Shown one piece after another: positions 1-14,010 of a stretch of 64,000 bases of DNA. The stretch comes from Rhina ancylostomus. Lineage: Eukaryota. The position numbers were made by a program, and so were the translations under genes. Location of the stretch: positions 45,887,429-45,951,428 of the forward strand of contig JARFYF010000104.1 in the NCBI GenBank assembly GCA_030265395.1. Direction: 5' to 3'. Position 1 is the stretch's first letter. Every line of letters begins with the position of its first letter. Under the pieces are notes generated by a model. That model had not been told where the DNA came from. It saw only the letters and a program-made list of their open reading frames with translations, and searched no databases.

Positions 1-264
1 TAGTGGTGGAAGGGAACCCCTGTTTACTGAAAAAAAGAGGACATCTCAGATGTCCTGGAATGGAAAGCCTCATCATGGGAACAGATGCGGCGGAGGCAGA
101 GGAACTGAGAGGAAGGGATAGCTTCCTTGCAAGTGACAGGATGGGAAGAGGTGTAGTCAACATAGCTGTGGGAGTCAGTGGGTTTGTAAAAGATGTTTGT
201 GGTTAACCTGTCTTTGGAGATGGAGACAGAGAGATCTAGAAAGGGGAAAGAGGTGTCGGAGAGA
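1..264 (-). mobile_element. Penelope-like element, RT C-terminal fragment
   Basis: Minus frame PFLDLSVSISKDRLTTNIFYKPTDSHSYVDYTSSHP..CKEAIPSSQFLCLRRICS matches the Penelope RT thumb pattern (FLD..YxKPT..YxSxHP). Confidence 0.85.
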
Positions 265-1003
265 GGAAACAACCCCAGGTTGTCCAATCTCTCCTTATAG
301 CGCATGCCCTCTTATCCAGGTAGCATCCTGGTAAACCTCTTCTGCACCTTCTCCATAGCCTCCACGTCCTTCCTATAATGGGGTGAACAGAATTGAATGC
401 AATAGTCCAGATGCAGCGAAACCAGAGTTTTATAAAGCTGCAATGTAACTTACTGACTTCTGAACTCAATGCCTCGATTAGTAAAGGCAAGCGTGCCATA
501 TCCCTTCTTTACTACCCTATCAACTCGTGTGGCTACTTTCAAGGAGCTATGGACTTGGACCCATAGATCCTTCTGTACATTAACACTGTCAAGGGTCCTC
601 CCATTAACTGTGTACTTTTCCTTTACATTTGATCTCCCAAAGTGCAACATTTCAACTTTCCTGGATTAAACTTCATCTGTCATTTCTCCACCCATATCTG
701 CAACTAATCTATAGCCCTCTGCATCCTTTGGCAATCTGCTATACTATCCACAATGCCACCAACCTTTGTGTCATCTGCAAACTTACCAACCCGCCATCCC
801 TGTGTTCATCCAAGTCATTTATATAAATCACAAACAGCGGGGGTCCCAGTACAGATCCCTGCGGACCTCCAGCCAGAATAAGACCCATTGATCACTACCC
901 CCTGGCAAGCCAATTCTGAATCCAAACGGTCAAGTCACCATGGATCCTATACATCTCAATCTTCTGGATGAGCCTCCCATGAGGGACCATGTCGAATGCC
1001 TTA
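262..1003 (-). mobile_element. CR1 LINE, 3' RT fragment
   Basis: Minus frames KAFDMVPHGRL, LHFGRSN..YTVNG, HSSLKVATRVDRVVKK and YKERLDNLGLF are CR1 ORF2 motifs; frameshifted. Confidence 0.85.
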
Positions 1004-2089
1004 TGAAGTAAATTTCCTATTTCATACTTTCCATTTTCTCCTTGATTACACATTACTTTTTAAAAACGTCCTTTACTGTGAAAAACAAAAAAATATTTGT
1101 TTAAAATTTCTGCCATTTTTTAAAATCTGCCATTATTAATTCCCGTCTTAGCTTTATAAGATCCAATATTGATTTTTGCTATTTTCTTCTTTTTCACCTA
1201 TTGCCTAAACTCTTACAATCACTTTTTAAAAATATATTTGTTGCTAGTGTATTCTCATATTTTCTAACTCTTTATCAATTTTTAGTTACACTTTGCTGTT
1301 TTCTAAAATGTACCCAATCCTCTGACCTGCTTGTATTGTTTGCAACTTATAATCTTATCCTTTACATAGCCATGGGTGGATCACTTTTTCCATGAAGTAT
1401 AAATGTATATTCACTGAAATATTCTTTAAATTTCTGTCACTGCTTACCTACCATCTTATGTGTAATTCAATTTCACAATATACTTTGGCCAATATTCAAT
1501 ATCCTCTTGAAACCTCCAACCCTCTGACCTGTAAGATCCTGTAACAATTTGAACCTAACTCAGCTAATAATCTAGATGTTGTTATCTTTGTAGCTCTGCT
1601 TGGTAATTTAAACCACAGCTACTCATGCTCCATTAACAGAATCTCACTCCTAGTCTATGTAATTCTTTGTTTCCTATATGCACCAGAACATCTGATCATC
1701 CCCTCTCCACTGCAAACTTCTCTCCAGCCATGAGGAGATGCCCTTGCCACAAGACAATGACCAAGCAACAATGCTGGAGGATTACACGACAGCAGGGTGT
1801 ACATTACCCTGACTATATGCTTCCTGACCAAACACACATTCCTTTTCACGGCTCCCTCCTGAACTGGTCTATTGTCTGATTGTCTATCCTCATAAACAGT
1901 CTTTGTTCACACCCTTATAGGGTCCCTTATCTTATAGCTTAAGATTTTAAAATCTTATAGTTTAAAATTTATCTTAAACTATTTTCTTGTAAAGGAATAA
2001 CTTATTTAATATTGAACTGAAAACTAATTCCATTCAGAAATAAAGAAACCATTACCTCAAGCTCTTAATTGTGGTTATCTATGATTTAA

Positions 2090-2792
2090 GATAATGATGA
2101 AAGATTTTGGTGTTCGGAGGAACTTGGATCTCCTTGTACATGAATCACTGACAGTTAATGTGCAGGTAGAGCAAGCAAATAGGAAGGCAAATTACGTTCT
2201 GGCCTTCACTGTAAGTCAATATGAATACAAGAGTTTCTTGCTGCAGTTGTATGTATTTGGACGATCTGGAATTTTGTGTACAGATCTCATCTCCCTACCT
2301 AAGGAAGGATACATTTGCAATGGAGAGGGTGCAATGAAGGTTCACTGTATTGATTCCTGAAAATGCAGGTTTGTCTTACCAGGAGAGATTAGTGAGAGTA
2401 GATTTTTTCTCTTCTGAAGGATGATCCCATTAAAATGTGCAAAATCCTTATGCGATTTGACAGGACAGAGATGGAGTTGACATTTACCTGGGTTGACATT
2501 AGTAGAGTTTGAACCTCAATGTAAGAGTTGGCCATTTAGGGTAGAGGTAAGAATTTCTTCACCCTATAGTGAAGAAATCTGTACACTGACTTCAGGATTG
2601 TGGGAGTTCTGTTGCTGTGTATTTTCAAGACAGGGATCAAAACATGTTTAAATGTTAGGGGAATTGAGGGATGTGGTGCTTGGTACATGAAGGAGGCGCT
2701 GAGGAAGAAGATCAGCTGTGGACATTGAATGGAAGAGCATGCATAAGATGCCAAATTGCCTGATCCTGCTTCTGTTTCATATATTCATATTC
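2090..2792 (+). mobile_element. Decayed CR1 LINE 3' end
   Basis: RNLDLLVHESLTVNVQVEQANRKAN remnant followed by a CR1-type 3' UTR and tail. Confidence 0.7.
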
Positions 2793-4322
2793 TAATCAGG
2801 TGCAAGTTGTGCTTACTACAGTAATGAGCTATGCTGCGAGAAACAAATGTCACTGCATAAAAGCCGCAACATGAAGAGAGAAAACTCATCAAAAGTCGTA
2901 TTGAAGGTTCATTACTTTTTCTATTTGTCTCAAAATATAAATTTTATACTACTGCCTCAAAGTTTTCGGTAGATTATTTTTTTATGGAAGTCTAGAAATT
3001 CAATTATGTAACACAAGGTTTTACGTGCTGCACAATTGATTTGAAGCTGAAAATGGATCACAAGATTTCTAATTTATTGCATTTATCATTTGCTTCTGTG
3101 CAAAACTTGTCAAAGTACTGAGGTTGCTGGGTATGTAATAGGGATGACAATCAGCATGCAATGCGCATTTATACTTGCAGCCAAGGGACTGCAATGTGAG
3201 TGGCTCTGAAGAACCTGTCTGGACCTCAAATGGCAAAGTAGGCTCTGATGGAAGGCCTGGATATTGAGAGTTAAATGGTTGTCAGCACTTACCTTAACTG
3301 TTGTTGGGAAGTTCACTATTAAAACTAGCCATGGAATACCCACTGATCGACTAGATGTTACCATTGTTTATGTGTATCCTTCTTTCTTGGGACAGAGATG
3401 TGGCAAAGAGTGCCTGACTGCTATTATCCTCCTCCTTGGTGTCTTCCTCTGATACCACAATGCCTAAGCATCTGTAGGAGACCTGGAATGCTTCCTTCCA
3501 CCTTTCTGTTTCAAGCACTGAAACCCATGACTTGAAGCACAGTTCCTGTTGAGAACTCTCATAAGTCTGTGTTTCCCATTTGGCTTTTGACAATGTGCAT
3601 AGTTAGCAAATCATGTTGCAAAGAAATTTCAAGAATTACAAGTGCATATCATTCTTGTAAGAATAATCACACTCCTGTGACCTTGTAAGAAACTAGCATG
3701 TGCATCAATATTTTAGAATTCAAAATGATGTACAATAGAATTTCAGTTGCATGATTTTCAGCATTTTATTGGAAATACCAAACAAAACTAATTATGAAAT
3801 CTGCACATCATTGATGTGGATTGTGATAAACAGTCCATGGTACTGTGTATACATCATTAAAAATGGCCAGCATCAGTACACCAGAAAACAGTAGCACCTT
3901 GTTATAATAAAACCCTAGAACGGATTTAACATTCTCGAATGCTGAATGGATTAAACCCTAACAGGATCTGCTCTTGTATTTTGTCAGCCTGCTTTCAAAA
4001 GATTATCATAATGACCCTGTTGTGTAAACTTTACCAGGGAAGTGAATGTCATCTGCCAATATAATTTGATAAACTACAGGTTTGTTTCCTTTTGCACTTG
4101 ATAAAATCACAGTCCTGGAGGTAAAAATGTAAAATAAAAAAATGGCATAAATCCAGTTTCGATTCACTACTGTTGCATTTGCAATTGACATGCATGAGGC
4201 TACTTCTAAACAACTTTGCTTGTAGGGATCTGAAATAATAAAGCTATGTTTTTAGATTTCTGATGGTAAGTTGTACTTTTTAAATTTAAGAATGGCAGGT
4301 TGCTGGGGGAAGGGAAAGGTAG

Positions 4323-4761
4323 TGTTGGATTCAACTGTTTTTAATTCACTTTTTAACATGTATAGTGTTTAATACACCTCAAGTGGCTGCACAAGGAATG
4401 GCCGCTTGCTAGCTTATTGGTTCATCCATCAGGTGAATATGTGATTTTTTCATTGGCTGGTTTGGCCACAAGTATCTAATAGGTTTCCTGATTGGACTAC
4501 TGTTAGCTAAAGAGCATCTCTTATCTCAGGTATAAAAGGTGTTGTCTTTTGTTAATCTCTCTCTCTGGCTCTTCCTTCCCCCTGGCCTGAGCTCACATAT
4601 TGTTCCCTTTGTCTTGGCTCACCAAAGCCAGTGCCATGTACTATGTGACTCTTTCTTTGTTTTAAACTTTTCAATAAAACTTTGCAAAGCACCAAGTTGT
4701 TTTCAACTCATTCCTAGACTCCTGAAAGAACCTGTGAATTTGAAAATAACCGGATCCAACA
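4323..4761 (+). mobile_element. Solo LTR (439 bp)
   Basis: TGTTGGAT...ATCCAACA termini; 4-bp TSD GTAG (4319-4322 / 4762-4765); three ATTGG boxes; TATAAAA 4531-4537; AATAAA 4673-4678. Confidence 0.8.
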
Positions 4762-6009
4762 GTAGTGAGACTAATTAGTTAGCTCTTCAACATTGTTGGA
4801 TCAGGCTCAGTGAGATGATGGGTTCCTTCTGTGCCACTGCATTTCCTCAACTCCATGAATCAAAGCTTCTCTTGAACCAGCTATTCAGCTGCTCAGTTCA
4901 ACAGATTGCAAATTTACTGCAGACTGGGCAAGAATGTCTAGTCCTGATAGAACTTTATTCCATGGAATTTAGTCAAGATGAGCACCATCATCCAACTTTG
5001 CTGCTGGGCTAAGAATGGAGCTTCCATGTAAATACATTTATTAAAAAAATCTCAAGGTTAAATAAATGGAACAACTTCATAATGCTAAGGAAAGAAAGCT
5101 CAGCCTGAACATTAGGCTTGAGCACTGGATAGTAGTCATACAATGGTCACTATAACATAAGAGATATTACATAAGTAATTAAAGTTCATGGTCTACTTAA
5201 TTATTTTAGTATCAGAATTTTGAGCATATGGTTAAACAAAATCAGAGGTCATTGAGACCTTAGTGAATACAGACTCACTAATTCAGTTATTAATTTTTCA
5301 TTCATCTTCGCACCAATCAGAGACACAGCAGCCAACTGCAGGTGTTGAGGACAGACCACAATCTATTCATGAAAACAGTGATTAGAACTAATATCTTCTT
5401 GATTCTGAGTTCTGCCCTTAGTAGGCAGTGCAGCTATGTCAAGTGGCATGTGAAGTCTGTGTAGGTGTAATCTCTGGAACAGTGAACTAACTAAAACTGA
5501 CACACTTTGCAAGTGCAACTTGCTTCCTCTTTCTATTTCTATTTTATCTCTCTCTTAATTCAGGGCTTCTTCTTTTTATTTTCTTTTTCTGTATTTGATT
5601 TAACTCCACACTTGTCCTCATTCAATTCCTTTTTCAGATTTTAAATTTAAAGGTTTAAAGTGATTTCCCAACCTTTATTCAAGTCTGAGAAGATGGCTGC
5701 CTTTGTGCAGCAGACCACGCCGTAGAGCAGAAGCTGCTGCCATGACTGTGACGTGCTTCAATTCAGCAAGGTCTGTCTCAATAAAAAGTAGCAGCTAAGA
5801 GGCAAAAGTATCTATCAGTTAAGTTGTTAGACCACAGAACCATGTAAACAAAAGGAATCAGAAATAATTTCAGTAAACAGGATTGGATTGCTATAAATGG
5901 AATGTTTAAGACAAAGACTGAAGCATGGTGATTTGTAATGGTCGGCGGTTAGGGGACCTAGTTAGCGGTGAAAATTTTGTCATATCAAAGTATTTGTGGG
6001 TAATGATCT

Positions 6010-6350
6010 GGGCATCACTTGTCAAGGTCAGTCCATTTATTACTCACTGGTAATTGCCCTTGAACTGAATGACTTGTTGGACCATTTCAGACTTAGCCAT
6101 TGACAGGTCTGGAGTAGCATATAGGTCAGACAAAGCAATGATGGCAAAATTCCTCTCCGCTAGCATATTAGTGAACAATTAGTGAATGGTGAACAATCCA
6201 GTAATTTTGCAGTCATGTAGTTTTTTAGTTCCCAATTATTAACACAGCCTAAATTCCTCAGCTGTCAGGGTGGCTTTGGAAATCAGGTATTTGAATTATT
6301 AATCCAGACCTCCAATTTATTAGTTTGGTCATTTAACTGCTGTATCATCA
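6010..6350 (-). mobile_element. Decayed SINE-like repeat sharing its tail with the LINE at 16.8-17.4 kb
   Basis: Reverse complement carries the GGGCAATT...AATAAATG tail also seen near 17400, 23520 and 27580; a related copy lies at about 31800-32070. Confidence 0.45.
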
Positions 6351-9300
6351 CTGAAACCTAGGTACCAATACTGGGCTTGAGCCCATGACCTTCTGACTCA
6401 GAGGTGAGACATACCAACTGAACAAACTTGAAATCCCAAAGTGACATTTTCAATGGAGGAAGATTAACAAAATAACATGTAATAAATGAAAATCAAAAAA
6501 CTGCAGATGCTGAAAGTTTGAAATAAAAATGAAGATGCCAGAAACATGAAGGATCTCCAGTCTGAAACATTGACTCTGTTAATCTCTCCACAGATGCTGC
6601 CTGACCTGCTTACTGTTTCAGCAGTTTCTGATTTTGGTATTGCCATTGGTTTATTATTGTCACTTGTACCAAGGTACAGTGAAAAACTTGTCTTGCATAC
6701 CGATCATNNNNNNNNNNNNNNNNNNNNNNNNNNNNNNNNNNNNNNNNNNNNNNNNNNNNNNNNNNNNNNNNNNNNNNNNNNNNNNNNNNNNNNNNNNNNN
6801 NNNNNNNTGTGAGGACTGGGATATGATTTTGCAGAGATATCAAAGTGTGATTTTGATAAGAGTAAACCAGAGGAGAAATTAAACTTTGACTACTAGTTCT
6901 AATTGGTGTACCTAGCCCCTGTGCATTCAGCTCTTCTAAAGACAATGAAGCAATGAAGTATTCTGTAGAGAGATTGAGGGTGTTTGTGGGCTGGGTGGGT
7001 ATCAGCTGGGTTCTGCATTTCAGTTTTTTTTAAAAGAAAAATGCATAGTTGGAGTACTTTGGTAGCTGTGGAAAGGCACTATGTAAATGCAGATTTTCTT
7101 TTCCTTCCTTTTTGTTTTTGATGAAATAGGGCCAGTCACTTATGCAGAAGCCTCATTTCCCTTTTTCACTGTCAGTTTGGATTTCACCATAACTTCTAAG
7201 CACGTCTTCTCAGTGGCTGGTTTAAACAGATCTGATCTACATACAGATCAAGCCCATCAAGCTTAACATAAAGCCTCAATAAACCAAACCTACAGCACTA
7301 TCACACATTCTGGATCACACAAGATCATAGAATCCCTGCAGTTAATCCTGACATTCGGTATCTCTTAGTCCATGTTTCATCTCCTAACTGTCAGGGGTTG
7401 TTAGTCACTCTTTCCATGCTAGTTCCTTGAATACAGTCAGGGGCCAGCTTTATTAAAACTAGTTCAGGGATTATGCAATTAGAATAATCAATATGAATCC
7501 TGATGTACAGCTGGCAGTAACTTGGTCTACAGTGGCAGCAGAACTGTTATCATTACAAAGGCGCTTAAAGCTTCAGGCTTGCTAATCTCCAAACACTGAG
7601 TACAAAAATGATTTTATTGATACCTTTCCACAATGCATTTTGGAAAAGGGCAGTTGGCTTAAAAATGAATTTGTTCATGTAATATTTTGGCAGCTAGATA
7701 TGTGTTCCCTTATTACAAAAAAAGGAGTAGGGATGGATCTGTTTAAATAGTCCAACTAATTCAAACCTAAGTATGGACAGTCTTCAAGATCAGAAAAGAT
7801 CATAAAATCTCTGCAGGTAATCACAATAAGCTGTTTCTCTTTAAGTTAATATTTTATTTCTAACTAATGAGGTAGGAGGTTTGGAACGAAAGGATGGGAG
7901 TTTGTTTTGAAGCTAAATATTTGTTCACACAACTTCAAGCAAAACTGTGCTCAACTCAGAGTACAGCAGTTTTGAATACTTTTCTAGGTGATTTAGCACT
8001 CATTGGGAAATTCATTATTTTTCCAAGTGGGACTTTCAGATTCCCCAGCACTTCTATTTCCAGTCTAAAACTATCCCAAAGGTGCTCAGCCATTGTCTTA
8101 GAAAAAAAATAATGCACTTTTTAATGTCCAAATTGCACACTAAAAGCTATTTCAGAAGCTCTGAACTATTTATTACCAGTAGAAGTCTCACTTATTGGAT
8201 ACTGGACCGTGTACTACCTGTTGTGATTCCCCTAATGTATGTGTCATTTCCCCATTGTATGTAATCAGTGGGCACTGTGCTCAATGATTATTTACTGACT
8301 GATAATTGGATTACACATTCACAACTCAAGACCTTCTAATTTTCCTCTCAACCAGATAAGGAGTACATTAGGCTGAAAGTAGAGATTCGTGCATGAGTGT
8401 AAGTGACCCTGTGGGATATTGTTTCTTATATTTGATACATCCAATCAGTTACTCCAATGTATTAAAAATCTCTTTGCCTGGAGCCCTGAACACAGACTGA
8501 AACAGCCATGTACTGATAGCTCAGGCCACTGATGCCTTGATCTTTGACTTAAAGCTGCTGCGGCCCAAGTGGACTTGGGGCTACAGGCAGCACAGAATGC
8601 AATTGCCCTCCTCTGTGTCGGGGAAGGGGTACCTCTGAGGCACATATGCAGTCAATCCCTCTTCTTGCACATCCCGCACCTCCACCCCATTTCTCCTCGT
8701 CTCTGTCAGAAAGCTTTGTTATGGCATTGGCTCACTCGAGTTGGGGTTTAAAGGGAGAAAACTGTGAGAATGCTTTCTTAAAGCAAAGATGTTCCACTTG
8801 GATGATTTTTTTTTGTTGACTGCCAGCCACTTTGGCTGTTTGTGCCATGCAGTAAGTACCTTCAAAGCACTGTGTAAGTGAGAAATCCAACGCCAAGGCA
8901 ATGACATCAAAACAGTAGTGCAACATGCAAAATTTGTCTGCAGTGAGAGTTTCGTCTTAATTGGTCCAAAAAAACCCAGTTCTTATTTCCTCGCAGAACA
9001 ACCAGATCTAACCACATCTGTTTCCCCTGAAACTATGCAATTTCAAGGCCAGCACTCAAACTGCTTGCTTTGTTTTTATTGGGATCTGTGACCTCCTGCA
9101 ACCTCAAACAGAATTCCATACATGTGCCTGGACTGTTTTGTCCGTCGAGGTCAGACTCTTGGCCCCTCTTAGCTTCTTGGCACAGAAGAGATGAGGCCTN
9201 NNNNNNNNNNNNNNNNNNNNNNNNNNNNNNNNNNNNNNNNNNNNNNNNNNNNNNNNNNNNNNNNTGCTTCTATTTTCTTATGTTTTTATATTCCTCCTGA

Positions 9301-9795
9301 CCTCAGGTTCACTCGAGGCTGCTGGTGCTGACCTCGGCTGCAGCTCTCAGTCTGCTGCTCACTGTTCCATTACAGACATCACCCAACGTCTATACACAAG
9401 GAGAGGAGACCTCATCTATTTTACTTTCATCTCAAGGAGAAGTCAAAGAAGACATGGGCATTCACTTGCATTGTAGGCTTCCCCACAGTGCAAGCATTCA
9501 TGGATAGTATTCAAGTCATCACAGGTCCTCCCTAGCAATATCCTACCGGAAACCCCTGCTTGTTGCCCTGGAGATCCTCCATGACCCTTTTGCACAAAGG
9601 ATACATCTCCTGCAGCAACATATTTTACATACCTCTTTGGATCCCTCTGACAGTGTGAGAGTACCCTGCCATCAATCTTTTCCACCACTAATGCACCATG
9701 AAGTCACTCAGTAGCAACACTCCCCCACTGCTGGAAGAGTGTTACTTGTGCAGTGGTGTATCCCTTTAAAAGTTAGCTGCAAAGATCATGCATGC

Positions 9796-10050
9796 AGGCT
9801 AACAGTTGAGAGAATTTGTAACATGTCAAAAGAAATTTGGCATGTCCCCTTTGACCCTCACCATTTTTTAAATCGATGCACCATAGAAAGCATCCTATCC
9901 AAATACATCACAGCTTGGTATGGCAACTGCTTTGTCTGGGACTGCAAGAAACTGCAGAGAGTTGTGGACACAGCTGACCACATCACAGAAACCAGCCTCC
10001 CCTCCATGGACTCTGTCTACACTTCTTGCTGCCTCGGTAAAGTAGCCAAC
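9796..10050 (+). mobile_element. Rex1/Babar LINE 3' fragment
   Basis: RCTIESILSKYITAWYGNC..DCKKLQRVVDTA..IT..SLPS is the typical Rex1 post-RT motif. Confidence 0.85.
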
Positions 10051-10299
10051 ATGTACAGCAGAGTTCTTGATGACACAACTTTATAGAGCAAAGAACAAGG
10101 AAGCCCAGTGCTGAATATACAAGCCTAGAGGCAGAAAAGGTGTGGTTGGAAGGTTCAGTAGCTCCTCCAATGATTTCAAAGCAAATAATTAGTCACTAGA
10201 TTCGTATAAATGCTGAAGGGTACACTAAATCAACAATGGAAGCAGTTTGAGGGAAATGTGCTAAACAAGCCTATTCTAAACAAGGCAACTCCTGGCTAC

Positions 10300-10722
10300 A
10301 AACATAAGAACAAAAGGAGCAGGCACAGGAGTCAGCCAATTACCCCCTCGAGTCTGTTCTGACATTCAAGAAGATTATGCCTAATCCAATCTTGGCCTCA
10401 ACATCACCTTCCTGCTCTCTAGCCAGACCCTTTGACTTCCTTACCCTTCAAATATCTAGCGATCTCCTTGAATATATTCAATGACCTCTTCCATATCACT
10501 CTGAGCTAGAAAATTCCAAGGAGATTCCAAGAAAATTCCAAGAATTCGAAATTCGTTCTCAGAGAAGAAATCCTTCCTCCTCCCTGTCTGAAATAGGTGC
10601 ACATTTGTTCAGAGACTACAGTCCCTAGTTCTAGATACCCTTACTAGGCGAAGCACCCTCTCAGCATCCATCCTGTCAATCCTCCTCGGAATCTTATATG
10701 TTCAATGAGATAACCTCTCACT
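10300..10722 (-). mobile_element. CR1 LINE 3' end
   Basis: Begins with the reverse CR1 tail (ACATAAGAAC..AGGAGCAGG) followed by CR1 3' sequence. Confidence 0.7.
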
Positions 10723-13689
10723 TCAGGGCTCAGATGTACTCAAGAAAGAGAATCCTAATGGATGGAATATGCCTAGAGACTAGCTTCAGAAAGCAGGCTT
10801 GCTGCCTTTCCAATTTCTGAAAGGAAGCACCTTGAATATACAGCAATCAATAAGTGATATACTTTGAGTGGGAGCTCCTGTTAGTAGGGAACATACACTT
10901 TGAATCAAAATGCCTTCATGATACACATTGGTAAATGTACCAGAAAATAAATTCTGAGTTGCATGCACACATACCACAGCACAACTCAATAAATATGGAA
11001 ACAATTTTAGCAGCTTTTGCACTCTGTCATGTTCTGTTGTGAAGAAAATAAAACATCAGATGTTCGCAAGTTAACAATTGCAGCTGCTGTGTTTAAAAAT
11101 GGAACAAGTAAAGCTAATAGCAATTCATTGAATACAAGTGTATGTGGGTGACGAAAGTGTTTTTTTTGCAGGATTCACTGAAGGAAATGGGGGATCGGTT
11201 ATTTCCCCAGCCTTAAGCTCCTCACAACTGCTTCTTACCTGCTATCAATGTGTGGCCTTTTCCAGTGCAGCATTGTCCAGCAACTAGCTATTTAGTGCAA
11301 GTTTTCTGTTAGCACATTGTAGAAACTTGTTGATATTGCTACACCTTTTAAGCATAGCTTCAGCAAACTTAAAGCCTGTTTAGTGAGGGTTCATATATTT
11401 TCTTTCCACGTGGATCGGATGCCCGGCAAAGGATTCCCCAGATATGCTCTGACGGTGCNNNNNNNNNNNNNNNNNNNNNNNNNNNNNNNNNNNNNNNNNN
11501 NNNNNNNNNNNNNNNNNNNNNNNNNNNNNNNNNNNNNNNNNNNNNNNNNNNNNNNNNNGCAAGCCATCCTTTAATCATCAAGATTATGTAATAATTGATT
11601 GTCTCAGAATGAAAGCCAGATAGGAATTAAGGATTGAGATTCAGCAAAATAGAAATTCATCCGAAGTGAAGGTACATGCCACAAAATTGGATTAGAAAAC
11701 ATACATTACCATCTCTTTCTACATGTGAATCACACATAAAATGCAAAATTTGCCTGTTTTGAAATATTTGTGCCTACTTCTGGCAGTACAGGGCACTTTG
11801 TGCCTTGATTTGCCCGAACACGTGTCGTTTCCTTGTCATGTCTTCCTCACATGATAAGATCATTAATGAATGCAAGAGTTAGGTGGGTGTGTGTCCTGCC
11901 ATGGAGATGCCTCTTTAATAGAGCTCGATCTCTTCACATGTCAACCTGTGAAAGATGTAACAGCTAATCCCATAGATCAGGTACGACCCCTCAAAAACCT
12001 GAATTTGGTGCTTTGTGCACAATGCGTTTAGTGTACAAAATAAGGATGAATTCCAATATCTAGCCTTAAAGGGGAATTGTAGTAGTATATGAACATTTCC
12101 CTATGCTTCTGAAGTTCATTTCCATGACAATCGTATTTCACATGTGGCGTTCAATTCATATTTAACAGAGGGTGAACTTCCTGTTTGCTGTGTTTACTTG
12201 TGGGTTTTGTAAGGGATTGGATGAATGGATATTGTAATTTGGACTAATGGATATTGTTTAGCTTATTTTATTGATTTATAATGATAAAAACAAATTATTG
12301 TAGACTTTATATGTTCCTGCGTCCAGAGGCAGTAGTTGTCAGGTCTTCGCAACATCTGAAGAATTAACTCCAAAACTCAATTTTTAAAACTCTGTTCATC
12401 TTGATCAAGTGAGAATCGCTACATTTCTAAATCCCTACTTCTGTAATAACTTCAATTTAAATAACAACCACATTCCAAGCCTTCACCTCAACTGAGCTGC
12501 CAATCAAATTGTTCACCTCGAGACAGTTACATCTTTACAAAGGCTTTACAGCTGATTCCTGTAAACTAAGAATGTTTGGTTCTTGTATCTGTGCTTAATT
12601 GTGCAGTCTCATTGCTGAGNNNNNNNNNNATTGTCGACTTTCTTTACTGCTATTTCCAAGCTACTTGGCATACTCAGAACAAGGCACAGTCTGAAAAAGG
12701 AAATAGACAATAACAAAACCGCCACAATTGCTATATCCCAAATGTGGATGTGAACCAGGACATGTGTCCCAGGAGTTAATCGTGGGCAAATTTCTGTAAA
12801 ATACCACAGCCATGTATACATATGCACACAATTAAGTTTAGAATTAATCTTTTGTAGTTGGGATGATTTGGTTTTTTTTTCCATATATGGCTTGTGGATT
12901 TGAACAGAAACTAGAAACTCATTAATTCACATTGGCCTTTAGGGTTGACTGAGTAAGGGAACAAATTACATGTAGCATTGTTTAGCTTCTATTATATTGT
13001 AGGAGATGTCAACAGGCCTGTTGACATCTTTTCATTGCCACACTGCAACAACACTGCCAAGACAGCCTTGCAATAAGAAATGCAACAATGGGGCAGAATG
13101 GAACTTGATGTTTTCTCGGAAGTATCTTACTTCTGGGGGTTCAGGGTTACACCTTCTAGGGTCTTAATGAAACATCTCAGACAATTTATGTGATCAGTGA
13201 AGCATAAAGGTAAGCCTTCCTTGATAGTTCACAGATTGTTTCAATTTTTATAAAGTGAAAAATTGCATTTATTTTTCTGTTCACCCACTGCTTAAGGACA
13301 TTTCAGATATCAAAGGTTTGGTGCAACACAATGAAAGAATTATTTTCTTGATGGTGTTTGAGAATTTGAGGCCATACCAAAACAACACTGACTGAATTCC
13401 CTCTTTGGTAACTTTCAATTGCCATTGCATCCAACAGATAGAAGTAAACTGTTAAAAAATACAATATTAATCCATGTTTTCTGATTGGGCACATTACATC
13501 GATTCTTTGTTGGAATAATTGGCTTTTCTATTTTGAGATGCTATAACACTGTTGGGGTAAATGTATAAATATCTTCACATTTATGGTCAATACCATTCTG
13601 TGTTCTTGGGCTGAAAATATAAATGCTTCAGCTGGAGTCCTGAGGAATGAAGATGACTTCAGTTATCCTCTCAAAACATAATGCTTACA

Positions 13690-14010
13690 AATTAATTTCT
13701 TTTTATTGACAGGAGGTTTCCTATGCACAAGAAAGAAAAGGAAGGGTTTGCCAGCCAGATGATACACAGCAATTTCCCACAACAACCATGATCAGGGAAC
13801 CTGTTTTAGTCATACTTGAAGGATAAATATTGGCCAAAACATTTGGAAGATTTCTTTTTGAATCATGCATTGGTATCTCTCAGCCTTGAACGAAGGGTCA
13901 CACATCCAGTAATGTGCTCCAGTGTTGGCCTAAATTGTTTGCTCATGATTCTGCCTTGGATTTAGATCCATTCATTGAGATGATAAAGAATGGTTCTATC
14001 CACTGATCCA
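13690..14010 (-). mobile_element. Decayed Deu-SINE (SacSINE1-like)
   Basis: GGATAAATATTGGCCA motif shared with the copy at 36.5 kb; reverse complement of the Deu domain. Confidence 0.45.

Noticed and set aside
8732-8869. Possible terminal exon joining the 28-kb candidate
   Set aside because: Modest acceptor and no recognisable protein.
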